From Gammaproteobacteria bacterium (GTDB taxonomy: Bacteria > Pseudomonadota > Gammaproteobacteria > HIGHO2-12-38-15): a DNA stretch of 64,000 bases. How positions within the stretch are numbered: position 1 is the first letter of the stretch; the number at the start of each line of letters is the position of its first letter. The stretch spans positions 4,988 through 68,987 of the forward strand of contig JACREE010000014.1 of assembly GCA_016218405.1 (NCBI GenBank), written 5' to 3'. The position numbers were made by a program, and so were the translations under genes. A model generated the notes under the pieces. That model worked only from the letters and a program-made list of their open reading frames with translations, was not told the origin of the DNA and ran no database searches. This document shows, in pieces, positions 29,026 to 39,404 of the stretch.

Positions 29026-29529
29026 TTATAAAATATCCGCACCGATTAAATATTCGATAAGAACTAACCCCCCAATCACCAACAAAATAAGTGAAAAAAT
29101 AAGCAGTGCGGGATGACGCTCCTCAAATCCCTTCGCTTCTTCCGTTCCTTTCAGCTCACGCCCTTCATCCCGCTCATCTGCCACGGCTTTTTCATGCAAT
29201 TTCGCCAGCTCTGCATCTTTTTTTTCCAGCGTCACAGTAGCGTGCCAAGAAATAAAAAAAAGCAATCCACTCGCTAACAAAAAAGGGGCTATCAATACGA
29301 CACGGTGCCAGAATCCCTGCAAGTCATTGTGCTCCTCGAGCCATCCAGACAGGGTGATAACAAAATCAGGCACCGTGGACGTTGCATTAAAAAAAACATA
29401 AGGAATCATCACTAAAATAAACAACAGCACAATAAGCCCTATGACAGAACTCAATACACCTACAAAAAACAGGGGGGCATCGGCGCTAGGTTGGTTACGG
29501 CTCATACTAATTACTCCCTTCTGTATCAT
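29026..29529 (-). CDS. hypothetical integral membrane protein
   Basis: 3-4 predicted TM segments and a charged central loop. No motif. Confidence 0.35.
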   Translation of the reverse strand: MIQKGVISMSRNQPSADAPLFFVGVLSSVIGLIVLLFILVMIPYVFFNATSTVPDFVITLSGWLEEHNDLQGFWHRVVLIAPFLLASGLLFFISWHATVTLEKKDAELAKLHEKAVADERDEGRELKGTEEAKGFEERHPALLIFSLILLVIGGLVLIEYLIGADIL

Positions 29530-29712
29530 CCCTAAATTCAGAACGTCTAAGCAAAGTATAGCTATAAACCCAGAAAAAACCGTTGAATCTATTACAAACC
29601 GTCAATTCGTAAAGATATTAACCTGCTTTTTCTAGGATAAAAAAAGAACCGCTATTCACAAAGAAAATATTCTGTGTAACTATGGCACGTTACGACTCTA
29701 CCCAACCATTTT

Positions 29713-31107
29713 ATGCTCGAAATTATTTTTCTGACTGTTGTCGCTGCATTTGCACTCCAAATTATACTATTTTTATGGATTAAATCTGGACATACACAAT
29801 TACAGCATCAGGCCCAAACCAAGCTTGAACACTTGACTCAACAAGGCGTTCAAATAAAAATCGAGAACGAAGCTCATTTCTACTCATTAAAACAAGAATT
29901 GTCATCCCAGAACAAAATTCAGCAAGAATTATTACTCAATCAGCTTTCTTCTGCGCTCCAAACTCATATTAAGCAATATCAAAGCATGATGGAATACCTG
30001 CATGAAATAACCTCTAAAATCAATCAATCTTTTAACTCATTAAATGAACAAAGCAAAAAAGAACACCACGATTTTCGTCAACAATTTGATCACCACCAAC
30101 TCAAAACTTTAAATGTATTGCAAGAAAGCCTGTCTCAAGGCCTGCAATCTGTTTCAGCACGTATCCATGAAACTTTAACGTTTAACGCAGACACGCTCGG
30201 AAAACGCGTAGAAAAGCTCACTCAAGATACTGACTTGAGATTAAAAGAAATTAGCGGTCAAGTAGATCGGCGATTGACAGAAGGATTTGAAAAAACCACG
30301 GCTACCTTTGTCGATGTATTAACACGATTGGCCATTATTGATGAGGCCCAGAAAAAAATCACTGAATTATCTAACAACGTTGTCAGCCTTCAAGAAATTT
30401 TGTCAGACAAACGTTCTCGCGGTGCATTTGGTGAAGTACAACTTTCTTCGCTTATCCACAACGTCATCCCCGCCTCTCATGTCAAACTGCAACATGATTT
30501 AAGTAATGGAAAACGCGCTGATTGTTTTTTACTCTTACCTGAGCCCACCGGCAACATTGTGATTGATGCAAAATTTCCACTTGAAAGTTATCGCACCATG
30601 ACCAACATTCAATTAGGCGAAAGTGATCGACGTAATGCAGAAAAACAATTCAGAATTGACGTCAGAAAACATATTCAAGATATCGCTCAAAAATATATTC
30701 TTCCAGGTGAAACAGCCGATGGCGCCATGATGTTTATTCCAGCTGAATCTATTTTTGCTGAAATACACGCAAATCATCCTGAATTAATTGAAGAAGCACA
30801 TAAATTACGTGTTTGGCTTGCTTCCCCTAGCACCATGATGGCTATTCTCACCACAGCACGTGCAGTGATCAAAGATGCCGCCACGCGAAAACAAATACAC
30901 GTTATCCAAGAACATCTATCTTATTTAGCACAAGATTTTCAGCGTTTTCAAGAACGCATGGATCAGCTCGCACGCCACATCAACCAAGCACACGGTGATA
31001 TTCAAGATGTGCAAACTTCCGCGCGAAAAATCACAAATCGTTTTGTAAAAATTGAAAAAGTAGAATTAGAAAAAACAGCACTTCAAGACCTTGAAGAACC
31101 CTCATGA
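29713..31107 (+). CDS. rmuC: DNA recombination protein RmuC
   Basis: N-terminal TM helix, long coiled-coil, C-terminal nuclease-like region (DAKFPLESY, MFIPAESIFAE). 464 aa. Confidence 0.8.
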   Translation: MLEIIFLTVVAAFALQIILFLWIKSGHTQLQHQAQTKLEHLTQQGVQIKIENEAHFYSLKQELSSQNKIQQELLLNQLSSALQTHIKQYQSMMEYLHEITSKINQSFNSLNEQSKKEHHDFRQQFDHHQLKTLNVLQESLSQGLQSVSARIHETLTFNADTLGKRVEKLTQDTDLRLKEISGQVDRRLTEGFEKTTATFVDVLTRLAIIDEAQKKITELSNNVVSLQEILSDKRSRGAFGEVQLSSLIHNVIPASHVKLQHDLSNGKRADCFLLLPEPTGNIVIDAKFPLESYRTMTNIQLGESDRRNAEKQFRIDVRKHIQDIAQKYILPGETADGAMMFIPAESIFAEIHANHPELIEEAHKLRVWLASPSTMMAILTTARAVIKDAATRKQIHVIQEHLSYLAQDFQRFQERMDQLARHINQAHGDIQDVQTSARKITNRFVKIEKVELEKTALQDLEEPS

Positions 31108-31134
31108 TTATGATTAGCGAGCGTAAAATAAAGT

Positions 31135-32046
31135 ATGTTTGCACTTCAAATTGAAAGCCTAAACAAAACCTATAAAAATGGGGTCGTTGCCCTTCAAGAT
31201 ATCTGTTTCTCTGTAGCCAAAGGTGATTTCTTTGCTTTACTTGGGCCCAATGGTGCAGGCAAATCTACCACCATTGGCATCATTACGTCCCTCGTCAATA
31301 AATCCTCAGGACGCATACGCGTCTTTAATCATGACATAGACACACATCCTTCCGAAGCCAAACAATGCATCGGTGTCGTGCCCCAGGAATTTAATTTCAA
31401 TATTTTTGAAAAAGTCGAACAAATCCTCATTAATCAAGCGGGTTATTATGGTATCCCCTATCGCATTGCAAAAAAACGCACCGAGCACTACCTTAAACGT
31501 TTAGGTCTCTGGAATAAACGCCACTCCAATGCACGCGACTTATCAGGCGGAATGAAGCGACGGCTCATGATCGCTCGCGCCCTCATTCATGAACCCAAAC
31601 TATTGATCTTAGATGAACCCACAGCAGGTGTAGACATTGAATTACGTCGCTCTCTTTGGGATTTTGTACGAGAAATAAATGAAAAGGGCACCACCATTAT
31701 CTTAACAACACATTACTTAGAAGAAGCAGAATCACTTTGCAGAAACATTGCTATCATTAATCATGGAAAAATCATTGAACACACAGAAAAACATACCTTG
31801 CTCAACAAATTAAAAAAAGAACATTTTATTTTATATTTGCGTGACCCTCTTCACCACACACCCATTTTACCTGGATTCAACATCACATTACTTGATCAAA
31901 ATACATTAGATGTAGAAATTGATGTCACACAAAACATCAATGATCTTTTTCAAAAATTAAGCGAGCACACCATTTTAGTAAAAAGCATGCGAAATAAAAC
32001 GAATCGTCTGGAAGAGTTATTTTTAAAATTAACGAATTCATCGTAA
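31135..32046 (+). CDS. ABC transporter ATP-binding protein (YadG-like, ABC-2 exporter)
   Basis: Walker A GPNGAGKST, signature LSGGMKRRL, Walker B LLILDEPTAGVD. 303 aa. Confidence 0.85.
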   Translation: MFALQIESLNKTYKNGVVALQDICFSVAKGDFFALLGPNGAGKSTTIGIITSLVNKSSGRIRVFNHDIDTHPSEAKQCIGVVPQEFNFNIFEKVEQILINQAGYYGIPYRIAKKRTEHYLKRLGLWNKRHSNARDLSGGMKRRLMIARALIHEPKLLILDEPTAGVDIELRRSLWDFVREINEKGTTIILTTHYLEEAESLCRNIAIINHGKIIEHTEKHTLLNKLKKEHFILYLRDPLHHTPILPGFNITLLDQNTLDVEIDVTQNINDLFQKLSEHTILVKSMRNKTNRLEELFLKLTNSS

Positions 32047-32051
32047 AACAC

Positions 32052-32843
32052 TTGGCCCTATCCATGAAACCATCATCAAATATTACATTTATTTCATTTT
32101 CCACCATCGTCAGCAAAGAGATCACGCGCTTTATTCGAATTTGGTCTCAAACACTGCTGCCGCCCGCCATTATAATGGCCTTGTATTTTATTATTTTTGG
32201 TAACTTTGTTGGCTCACAGCTGCCACTCACCCAAGGTTACACTTACATGCAATTTATTGCACCCGGTCTTATTATGATGGCTGTTATCACCAATGCTTAC
32301 AACAATGTGGTTTCTTCTTTTTTCACACAGCGCTTTCAAAAAAGCGTTGATGAAATTTTAGTTTCTCCTACACCCAACTGGGTCATATTACTCGGCTTCT
32401 CCACGGGAGGAATCTTGCGTGGCGTACTGGTTGGCATTATTGTGGGATTAATCGCATTATGCTTCACTCACTTACACTTCCAGCATCTTTTCGTTACTTT
32501 CATCGCAGCCTTACTTACGTCTATCTTTTTTTCTTTCGCAGGTTTTACAAATGCCTTGTTTGCTAGAAAATTCGATGACGTTGCCATTATTCCTACTTTT
32601 ATTCTCACGCCGCTTACTTACCTGGGCGGTGTTTTTTATTCATTGAATCAACTTCCTCCACATTGGCAAACTTTCGCAAAACTTAACCCCATTATTTACA
32701 TGGTAGACACTTTTCGTTATGGTTTATTAGGTATCACCGACATCAATGTTTATTTTTCACTCGGCTTGTTATTCTTACTCACGTGTCTTTTGTTTTTTGT
32801 TAACCTTTATTTGCTCAATAAGGGCGTGGGATTAAAACCATGA
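32052..32843 (+). CDS. ABC-2 type transporter permease (YadH-like)
   Basis: Six hydrophobic segments, 263 aa, immediately downstream of the ATPase. Confidence 0.8.
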   Translation: MALSMKPSSNITFISFSTIVSKEITRFIRIWSQTLLPPAIIMALYFIIFGNFVGSQLPLTQGYTYMQFIAPGLIMMAVITNAYNNVVSSFFTQRFQKSVDEILVSPTPNWVILLGFSTGGILRGVLVGIIVGLIALCFTHLHFQHLFVTFIAALLTSIFFSFAGFTNALFARKFDDVAIIPTFILTPLTYLGGVFYSLNQLPPHWQTFAKLNPIIYMVDTFRYGLLGITDINVYFSLGLLFLLTCLLFFVNLYLLNKGVGLKP

Positions 32844-33811
32844 CACTCGTCACCAACGAACACACGGGTGTGTTACTCATTAATTTAGGTACACCAAGCG
32901 CACCCACACCTCAAGCTGTTAAATGTTATTTAGCTGAATTTTTATCTGATCCCTTGGTTGTTTCAATTTGGCCACCGCTCTGGAAGTATTTACTTCACAC
33001 CCTCATTTTACCTTTTCGATCAAAAAAATCGGCCGCTTTATATCGCTCTATTTGGCTACCTTCGGGTTCTCCCTTAATGGTGTATTCCCTCACGCAAACC
33101 CAAGCCTTACAAAACAAAATTATCGCTTCTCACTTACACACTCACGTTACTTTAGCCATGCGTTATGGCAAACCCTCCATTTCAGAAGGCATTCAGGAAC
33201 TGCGCTCCTTAGGGATAAAAAAAATAACGGTTATTCCTCTTTATCCACAATACGCTCATGCCACAACAGGCTCTGCAAAATTTGCTTTTCTTTCAGCATT
33301 AGAATCTCAACACACCAGTTTCGACTATAAATTTATTGAGGATTTTTATGCTCATCCTCTCTATATAGAAGCATTGGCAACACAGATCGAAAATAGCTGG
33401 AAAAAACGTTCGCGTGGTGAAAAATTATTATTGTCTTTTCATGGCTTGCCCAAAACACACAGCCAACAAAGTGATTCTTATGAAAAACAATGCCTCAACA
33501 CAGCGCATCTTTTAGCCGAACGCTTACATTTAAATAAGGTGGGCTATGAAATTGTCTTTCAATCACGATTTGGTTTTCAAAAATGGTTACAACCTAGCTG
33601 CGCAGCGGCCTTGAAAAAATTAGCGGAAAACGGTTGCCAAAGCGTTGATATTTTTTGTCCTGGTTTTGTTGCTGATTGTTTAGAAACATTAGAAGAAATA
33701 GCGGTTACAAATAAGAAAATTTTTTTAAATGCAGGCGGGCGTTCTTTTCATTATATTCCCGCCTTAAACGCCTCCCCCCTATTTATCGAAACACTTTTTT
33801 CATTGATATGA
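32840..33811 (+). CDS. hemH: ferrochelatase
   Basis: N-terminal GVLLINLGTP signature. 323 aa. Overlaps the permease stop. Confidence 0.85.
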   Translation: MTLVTNEHTGVLLINLGTPSAPTPQAVKCYLAEFLSDPLVVSIWPPLWKYLLHTLILPFRSKKSAALYRSIWLPSGSPLMVYSLTQTQALQNKIIASHLHTHVTLAMRYGKPSISEGIQELRSLGIKKITVIPLYPQYAHATTGSAKFAFLSALESQHTSFDYKFIEDFYAHPLYIEALATQIENSWKKRSRGEKLLLSFHGLPKTHSQQSDSYEKQCLNTAHLLAERLHLNKVGYEIVFQSRFGFQKWLQPSCAAALKKLAENGCQSVDIFCPGFVADCLETLEEIAVTNKKIFLNAGGRSFHYIPALNASPLFIETLFSLI

Positions 33812-33826
33812 GAGAATACAACGGAC

Positions 33827-34981
33827 TCAAGCTCTTGCCAACGCTCTATGACGGCAACGTGCTGTCTCCATATCGTTATAAGGTTGGATGATGAGCCTTC
33901 CTAAACGACCCCCCGTCAAGACGGATTCAATCGCCTTGTCCGACATAAATCCCATTTCTTCAAGCGCAGGTTTTATCGTTTTGGCATCCAAAATAAACAA
34001 CCCTCCCTCCTCCTCTTCATTTATTTTTTTTGAAATTAACGATAAACAAGCTCTCGCGACATTTAATTTATTTTTTTGACTACAATCTGAACGCCAAAGA
34101 CGCTGCACAGCCAGGTGATAATCAGCCCCCTCCAAGGTACGTAGTTTGATGTATTCCTCCAAAAACCACTGCGTCCTTTTATATAAAGCTTGGCGAGATG
34201 TCACACCTTCTCCTGACACAAACAAAAGATAAAAATTTAGATTATCCATCTTCAATTCTTCAGGACGTATTATTGTTAGGCGAGCGCCTGCCAAGATCAG
34301 ACGTATCATCAAACGCACACTCCACTCACTCCCTGAATGAGCATAACGACAAACAAGCAACACCTTTTCCAAAAAAGAATATCGCTTCTCTCTCCTTTCA
34401 GCAGGAGGTTTAGCGTGAACATCCGCCCCCACACTCAACGCACTACAGACAGCATGGTACACTTCTCCTTCTATCCCCTCGCCTCTGCGCAATAATCGAT
34501 AAAGAAAAGGATTCCCAGCACTGTCCCTTGCATCAACATCAGCCCCCCATCGTTTTAATTTTTCTAATTTTTTCTTTTTTTCTTGAGTCAATTCTTTGCC
34601 TTGACTAATTTCCAACATAAAAGCCACATTAATTAACTCAACAGACGCATCATGCACCCTTTCTCTATTTTCTTTTTTATTTTGCAAAATTTCAATTTTC
34701 AACAAAGCTTTTATTTCTTCTTCTGTTTCTTCCTGACCAATGAGCTGCAAAATTACTTTTGCAACATTTTCCACTGAAAACCCAATGACACCGCGATTTA
34801 CCCATTCTTCAATAGGAACAGGCTTTCGTTGACGAACAGCCGATAAATAGAGCGTCACCCACCTTGAATCAGGCACAAGTTTTTGCGATAAATCATCATC
34901 GCTCAAGTTCTTCAAGGCTACTAACTCACCAGTTAACTCGCTTTCCCCCAGATACTTTATTTGATTTGCTCCACCTGACAT
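33827..34981 (-). CDS. ankyrin-repeat-like protein, candidate effector; 3' end of ABC gene overlaps its start
   Basis: Ankyrin loop signatures WGADVDARDSAGNPFLYRLL and SVGADVHAKPP. Otherwise novel. Start set at MSGGANQ; the track ORF extends to 35017. Confidence 0.45.
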   Translation of the reverse strand: MSGGANQIKYLGESELTGELVALKNLSDDDLSQKLVPDSRWVTLYLSAVRQRKPVPIEEWVNRGVIGFSVENVAKVILQLIGQEETEEEIKALLKIEILQNKKENRERVHDASVELINVAFMLEISQGKELTQEKKKKLEKLKRWGADVDARDSAGNPFLYRLLRRGEGIEGEVYHAVCSALSVGADVHAKPPAERREKRYSFLEKVLLVCRYAHSGSEWSVRLMIRLILAGARLTIIRPEELKMDNLNFYLLFVSGEGVTSRQALYKRTQWFLEEYIKLRTLEGADYHLAVQRLWRSDCSQKNKLNVARACLSLISKKINEEEEGGLFILDAKTIKPALEEMGFMSDKAIESVLTGGRLGRLIIQPYNDMETARCRHRALARA

Positions 34982-35661
34982 AAGCACCCCTCCTCCATTC
35001 GCAAAACACGCCCACAACGCTCTGCCACCTTTTCTTCATGCGTAATCAACACCACTGTCATACCATCATGTCGATTAAGAGACAGAAACAGAGACATAAT
35101 TTCATCGCTTGTACGCCTATCTAAAGCGCCTGTCGGTTCGTCAGCCAATAATAAATGGGGTTCTCCCACCAAAGCACGCGCAATTGCCACACGCTGTTGT
35201 TGTCCTCCTGATAATTGCGTTGGTTTTCTATCGTGAAATTCTTCTAATCCTACTTTCTTTAGCATTTTAAATGATTGTTCTTTGATTTTTTCGGGAGAAA
35301 GATTGCGGTACAACAACGGTAATCCCACATTTTGCAAAGCGGTCATACGCGGAAGCAAGAAAAAAGATTGAAAAACAAACCCAATGGTTCGATTTCGTAA
35401 TGCAGCTAATTCATCTTCTTCATACGAGAATACATCACATTCATTCAGATAATATTTACCTGATGTAGGGTGATCTAAAACACCCAAAATATTCATCAAT
35501 GTTGATTTACCCGATCCCGACTCACCTACAATACCGACAAATTCACCCGTTTCAATCTGCAGATTCACTCCATTTAACACGGGGAATGCAACATCATTCA
35601 GATAATAATTTTTACAAATGTTTTCAAGTTTTACGATGGACAAGAATATGATCTCCTGCAA
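34957..35661 (-). CDS. ABC transporter ATP-binding protein (MacB/LolD/DevA-type ATPase, no fused permease)
   Basis: Walker A GESGSGKST, signature LSGGQQQRVAIARA, Walker B LLLADEPTGALD. 234 aa. Confidence 0.8.
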   Translation of the reverse strand: MQEIIFLSIVKLENICKNYYLNDVAFPVLNGVNLQIETGEFVGIVGESGSGKSTLMNILGVLDHPTSGKYYLNECDVFSYEEDELAALRNRTIGFVFQSFFLLPRMTALQNVGLPLLYRNLSPEKIKEQSFKMLKKVGLEEFHDRKPTQLSGGQQQRVAIARALVGEPHLLLADEPTGALDRRTSDEIMSLFLSLNRHDGMTVVLITHEEKVAERCGRVLRMEEGCLCQVEQIK

Positions 35662-36784
35662 TTAATCCTTTGGTGACTTCTACATCTTGCAAGGTGGTTT
35701 GCCCTGTCATAACAGGTACTTCAATGATTTTTTTATTTGTTTCACGATCAAACATTTTTATTGTACTTAAACCATTTTTCACCATCACAGCATTAATCGG
35801 CACCAATATTGTAGGTTCATGCGCCACAATAATTTTAACCATGGCACTCATGCCCACCGCGATTTTTTTGCGATCATCTTCACTGATATGTTTCACATCC
35901 ACTCTAACAGGAAAGGTAGGTAAAACACTGCCCACACCTGCCAAGGCTTGCGCACTGACATCTGCCACCTCTCCCTCTAAAACAATGCCTGGAAATCCAT
36001 CACTTGTCACTACGGCTTTTTGCCCTACTTTGATTGAGTTAATGTCCACTTGATTGACAGACACTGTCAGACTGATCCCCGTCATATCACCAATAGAGAC
36101 CAACACCTGTCCTGCTTTAACTTGACTACCTACCACAACTTTCGTTGAACTTCCTGCTCCCTCTTCTCCCGTGCCTGCACCCTTTTCAGGCAACAAGGCT
36201 ACCCCATCCGCGTTTGCATTTAAATTCAATATATCAAACTGTGTAAGCAAGGCTTTATTCACCGCCTCACGATCACTTATCATGAGCGACTTCGCTTCTT
36301 CTAATTTTATATTTGCTTTTTGCAGTATTTGGCTCAATGACTGCTCTGCCTGAAAATAACTTAGGTAAGCATCATTGTAATTTGTTTGGGATGCATGATA
36401 CTCATTCGTTGAGATAATACCTTCTTTATGCAACACTTCATCTTCATCTAATTTAGTTTGATTGTTATCATATTGTTCTTTTGCTTTAAGATAAGAAGTT
36501 AAGGATTCACGATAATCTTTTTCTAATTGTGCCGAGCGGAGTGTAAAAAGCGGCATCCCTACTTTAAGTTGCTGACCGTATTCAAAATATTTTTTCTCAA
36601 TCACCCCATCCACTGGACTTATCATCACAGCCAATTTCAAGGCTTGCACCGTTCCACTAAAAAATAATTCATTCACAATAGGACGTCGCTGCACCGCATA
36701 AACAACATAGCCTTTTGGCGCTTCAAATTTTCCCTTACACCCCAGCAAAGAGAGGAAAATAAACGCTATTATCCATTTCTTCAT
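35624..36784 (-). CDS. HlyD/MacA-family periplasmic adaptor (membrane fusion) protein
   Basis: Lipobox N-terminus (LLGCKG), coiled-coil hairpin, then beta-barrel/lipoyl-like motifs. 386 aa. Confidence 0.75.
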   Translation of the reverse strand: MKKWIIAFIFLSLLGCKGKFEAPKGYVVYAVQRRPIVNELFFSGTVQALKLAVMISPVDGVIEKKYFEYGQQLKVGMPLFTLRSAQLEKDYRESLTSYLKAKEQYDNNQTKLDEDEVLHKEGIISTNEYHASQTNYNDAYLSYFQAEQSLSQILQKANIKLEEAKSLMISDREAVNKALLTQFDILNLNANADGVALLPEKGAGTGEEGAGSSTKVVVGSQVKAGQVLVSIGDMTGISLTVSVNQVDINSIKVGQKAVVTSDGFPGIVLEGEVADVSAQALAGVGSVLPTFPVRVDVKHISEDDRKKIAVGMSAMVKIIVAHEPTILVPINAVMVKNGLSTIKMFDRETNKKIIEVPVMTGQTTLQDVEVTKGLIAGDHILVHRKT

Positions 36785-36809
36785 ACATACCTCATAAACT
36801 TCTTATAAC

Positions 36810-38309
36810 TCATTTATCTCTAAGTTGAATATCCCAGGTATTTAAGGTTGTCCCTATCAAAAATTGAAGCTGTGATAAGGCATTTAAATAATTTATTTGA
36901 TTAGATACCACCGCCAATTCTGATGAGGTAAGGGAATTTTGAAGATTGCTCACTTCAAACATCGTCACACGACCATAGGATAATTTTATTTTTGAAATCT
37001 CTAGATTGCGTTTTGCCAAATCACGCGCCTGCTTGGCCAGCTCCACCTGTTGTTTCAATAATTTTAAATTGGTAATAGCATTAATCACTTGAGTTTCTAA
37101 ATTACGCCTGCTTTGCGCAATAGCCACTTCCTGTTGCTCAATCGCTACTTTTGCTTGTAATACCGCCTGCTTTTTCGCAAAATTTCGAATAGGCACCGAT
37201 ACTTCAACTTGCACGTTTTGTTGGCTGTCATTACTTCCGTTTAAGTTGGACATATTCAAACCTTGACCATCACCCAAAGTATTCGACAAGGTTAAATTTA
37301 GAGAAGTACGTTCTTGATCTTTTGCCACCACTAAATTTCGACGATTTTGCCCTTGCTGAATTAATGACGCTTGGTAGGCAAAGTTATTCGCTAAACCCAC
37401 TTGCATTGCTTCTTCTAACAAAGGCACTTTCAAGTTTTGTGTATCAATATCTGACATCACATCAATAGGCGTACAAGGATTTAATCCAATGTCATTTAAT
37501 AAGGTTTGCTTGGCTTGCGCTAACAAATTTTCACTTTGCTTGATGCTTAAATTGTCTTGCGCAATGGCTGCTTTTGATTGAACGGCTTCTGCAGGTGCTC
37601 GCTGACCACTTTTAATTTGCAACTCAAGTTGACGATAAGTTTTTGAATCATTTTCTAAAGTTAAGCGCTGAATTTTTAATTGATTTACCGCTGCAACCAC
37701 TTGTCTATAGTCAGAAATAATTATTGTAATCGCTTGCGCTGTTGTATTTTTTAAATTAAGACGACTGAGAAATTCAGAATCACGCGCATTACGTATCCCT
37801 GCCAGCGTCACTTCTTCCCCAAATCCTTGCATTAAAGGTTGCGTCACACTCAAGGTTACATTGGTGGTATTTATCCCTTGCGTACTCGTCAGGTTGTTCA
37901 CTTGCGCTGAAAATTGCGTACCCAAACTGTTATTCAGTGTGGTGGTTTGTGTAACTTGAGTACCACTTGAGTAAATAGAAATATTGTTTGTAATCGAACG
38001 GCCATACTGCCCGCTGGCTGTCAACGCATATTGTAATTCAAAATTATTTTCTGCCACCCTGAGCGCAAACTTATCTACCACGCGCTGTAATTCTTGTGAT
38101 TGAATACTGGGGTTATAACGCAATGCCAGCAGCACAGCTTCTCTCATGGATAAGCGCTTAGCAGGCAAGGGGGATGCCGTCTGAACAGGCTCTGCTGCTA
38201 CCCCTGCATGACATACCCATAGGAGAAATAAAAAAACGGCCCCTACCCTGCCTCTTTTTACAAACCGGGCCCTATGAGGTAAGTCCCAATGATTTTGCAT
38301 AACCCTCAC
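36810..38309 (-). CDS. TolC-family outer membrane efflux protein
   Basis: 499 aa, signal peptide, two internally repeated long coiled-coil/beta segments typical of TolC/OprM-type outer membrane factors. Confidence 0.7.
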   Translation of the reverse strand: MRVMQNHWDLPHRARFVKRGRVGAVFLFLLWVCHAGVAAEPVQTASPLPAKRLSMREAVLLALRYNPSIQSQELQRVVDKFALRVAENNFELQYALTASGQYGRSITNNISIYSSGTQVTQTTTLNNSLGTQFSAQVNNLTSTQGINTTNVTLSVTQPLMQGFGEEVTLAGIRNARDSEFLSRLNLKNTTAQAITIIISDYRQVVAAVNQLKIQRLTLENDSKTYRQLELQIKSGQRAPAEAVQSKAAIAQDNLSIKQSENLLAQAKQTLLNDIGLNPCTPIDVMSDIDTQNLKVPLLEEAMQVGLANNFAYQASLIQQGQNRRNLVVAKDQERTSLNLTLSNTLGDGQGLNMSNLNGSNDSQQNVQVEVSVPIRNFAKKQAVLQAKVAIEQQEVAIAQSRRNLETQVINAITNLKLLKQQVELAKQARDLAKRNLEISKIKLSYGRVTMFEVSNLQNSLTSSELAVVSNQINYLNALSQLQFLIGTTLNTWDIQLRDK

Positions 38310-38369
38310 CTAGGCAAATCTGTGCAAAATGAATGCAGTTTACTGGTTTTTACCCATAAAACCAATCAT

Positions 38370-39401
38370 TTAATGAGAAGAAGGGAGCACACCCAGGGCT
38401 TTCAAACGTTCTTTAATACTTGGGTGTGTTGAGAAAATCCCACTCAAAGAGGTCACAGGTTCAATACCCGCCTGAATAGGATCGTAAATATAAGCCGCAC
38501 GACGCACATCTTCATGCGCCGTTCTTGCATATTGCTGACGGTAATTTTCTTTATTTGTCTGATGATCTTGATCAATTTTCATCAGCGCTTTTGCCAAAGG
38601 AGAATTATCTCGCATTAATTCAACACAACCTGCATCCGCCATGTATTCACGCAAACGACTTAAGTACAGCATGAGCAACAAAGTGATCAAGGGCAATAAA
38701 AATCTCAACAACATGATAATAACAACTAATCCTTGGCCACCCTTACGATCACGCTCATCACGACCATACAACACGCTATAAAAAAGCATGTCTACAACCA
38801 TCAGGATAAGGTTGCTCAACACAGAAGCAGTTAAAGTCAGCTTGATATCCATGTGTCGAATATGGCTCAACTCATGCGCCATCACCGCTTGCAACTCATC
38901 TCGATCCAATTTTTCCACCAAACCACGCGTGATAGCCACCATGGCTGATTTATCACTGTACCCACTTGCAAAAGCATTCATGTAATCAGCATCTATCAAA
39001 AACACGCGAGGCACAAATTGCAACCCCGCAGCCAATTTGAGTTCTTCAACCACGTTATAAAGTTGCGTTTCTGATAAATTTTTAGCTGTCTTGGGCGTTA
39101 TTTCTTTGTATTCCGTACCAAAAAGCATGATTTTGTCATACAAAGCATAGGTTACCCACAGCGACACCAAACTGAGGATTATCAATATCGACGTTGCAAA
39201 AGGGAAAAGCTGCAAGCTAAGCAACGCTTGGAACAGGCTACTTGGGGAGGCTTCGGGGTAAGTCTGCGAGTAAAAAAGTACATCTAATAACAATCCCACC
39301 ATCGCATAAATCAACACGAACACGATAATAACCCATCGTGTTCGCGACTGATTCCGACGGAGTTGACCTCGCCAATCAGGTACGCTGCTATAATCCATCA
39401 T
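38370..39401 (-). CDS. M48-family zinc metallopeptidase (HtpX-like) with membrane segments
   Basis: HExxH motif (AVMAHELSHIRHMD), multiple TM helices, 343 aa. Adjacent to lemA. Confidence 0.75.
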   Translation of the reverse strand: MMDYSSVPDWRGQLRRNQSRTRWVIIVFVLIYAMVGLLLDVLFYSQTYPEASPSSLFQALLSLQLFPFATSILIILSLVSLWVTYALYDKIMLFGTEYKEITPKTAKNLSETQLYNVVEELKLAAGLQFVPRVFLIDADYMNAFASGYSDKSAMVAITRGLVEKLDRDELQAVMAHELSHIRHMDIKLTLTASVLSNLILMVVDMLFYSVLYGRDERDRKGGQGLVVIIMLLRFLLPLITLLLMLYLSRLREYMADAGCVELMRDNSPLAKALMKIDQDHQTNKENYRQQYARTAHEDVRRAAYIYDPIQAGIEPVTSLSGIFSTHPSIKERLKALGVLPSSH

Positions 39402-39404
39402 AAG

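Noticed and set aside
35670-36353. + strand ORFs (127, 60 aa) inside the HlyD-family gene
   Set aside because: Antisense to a gene with clear membrane-fusion-protein features. Thr/Ser-rich antisense-type composition.
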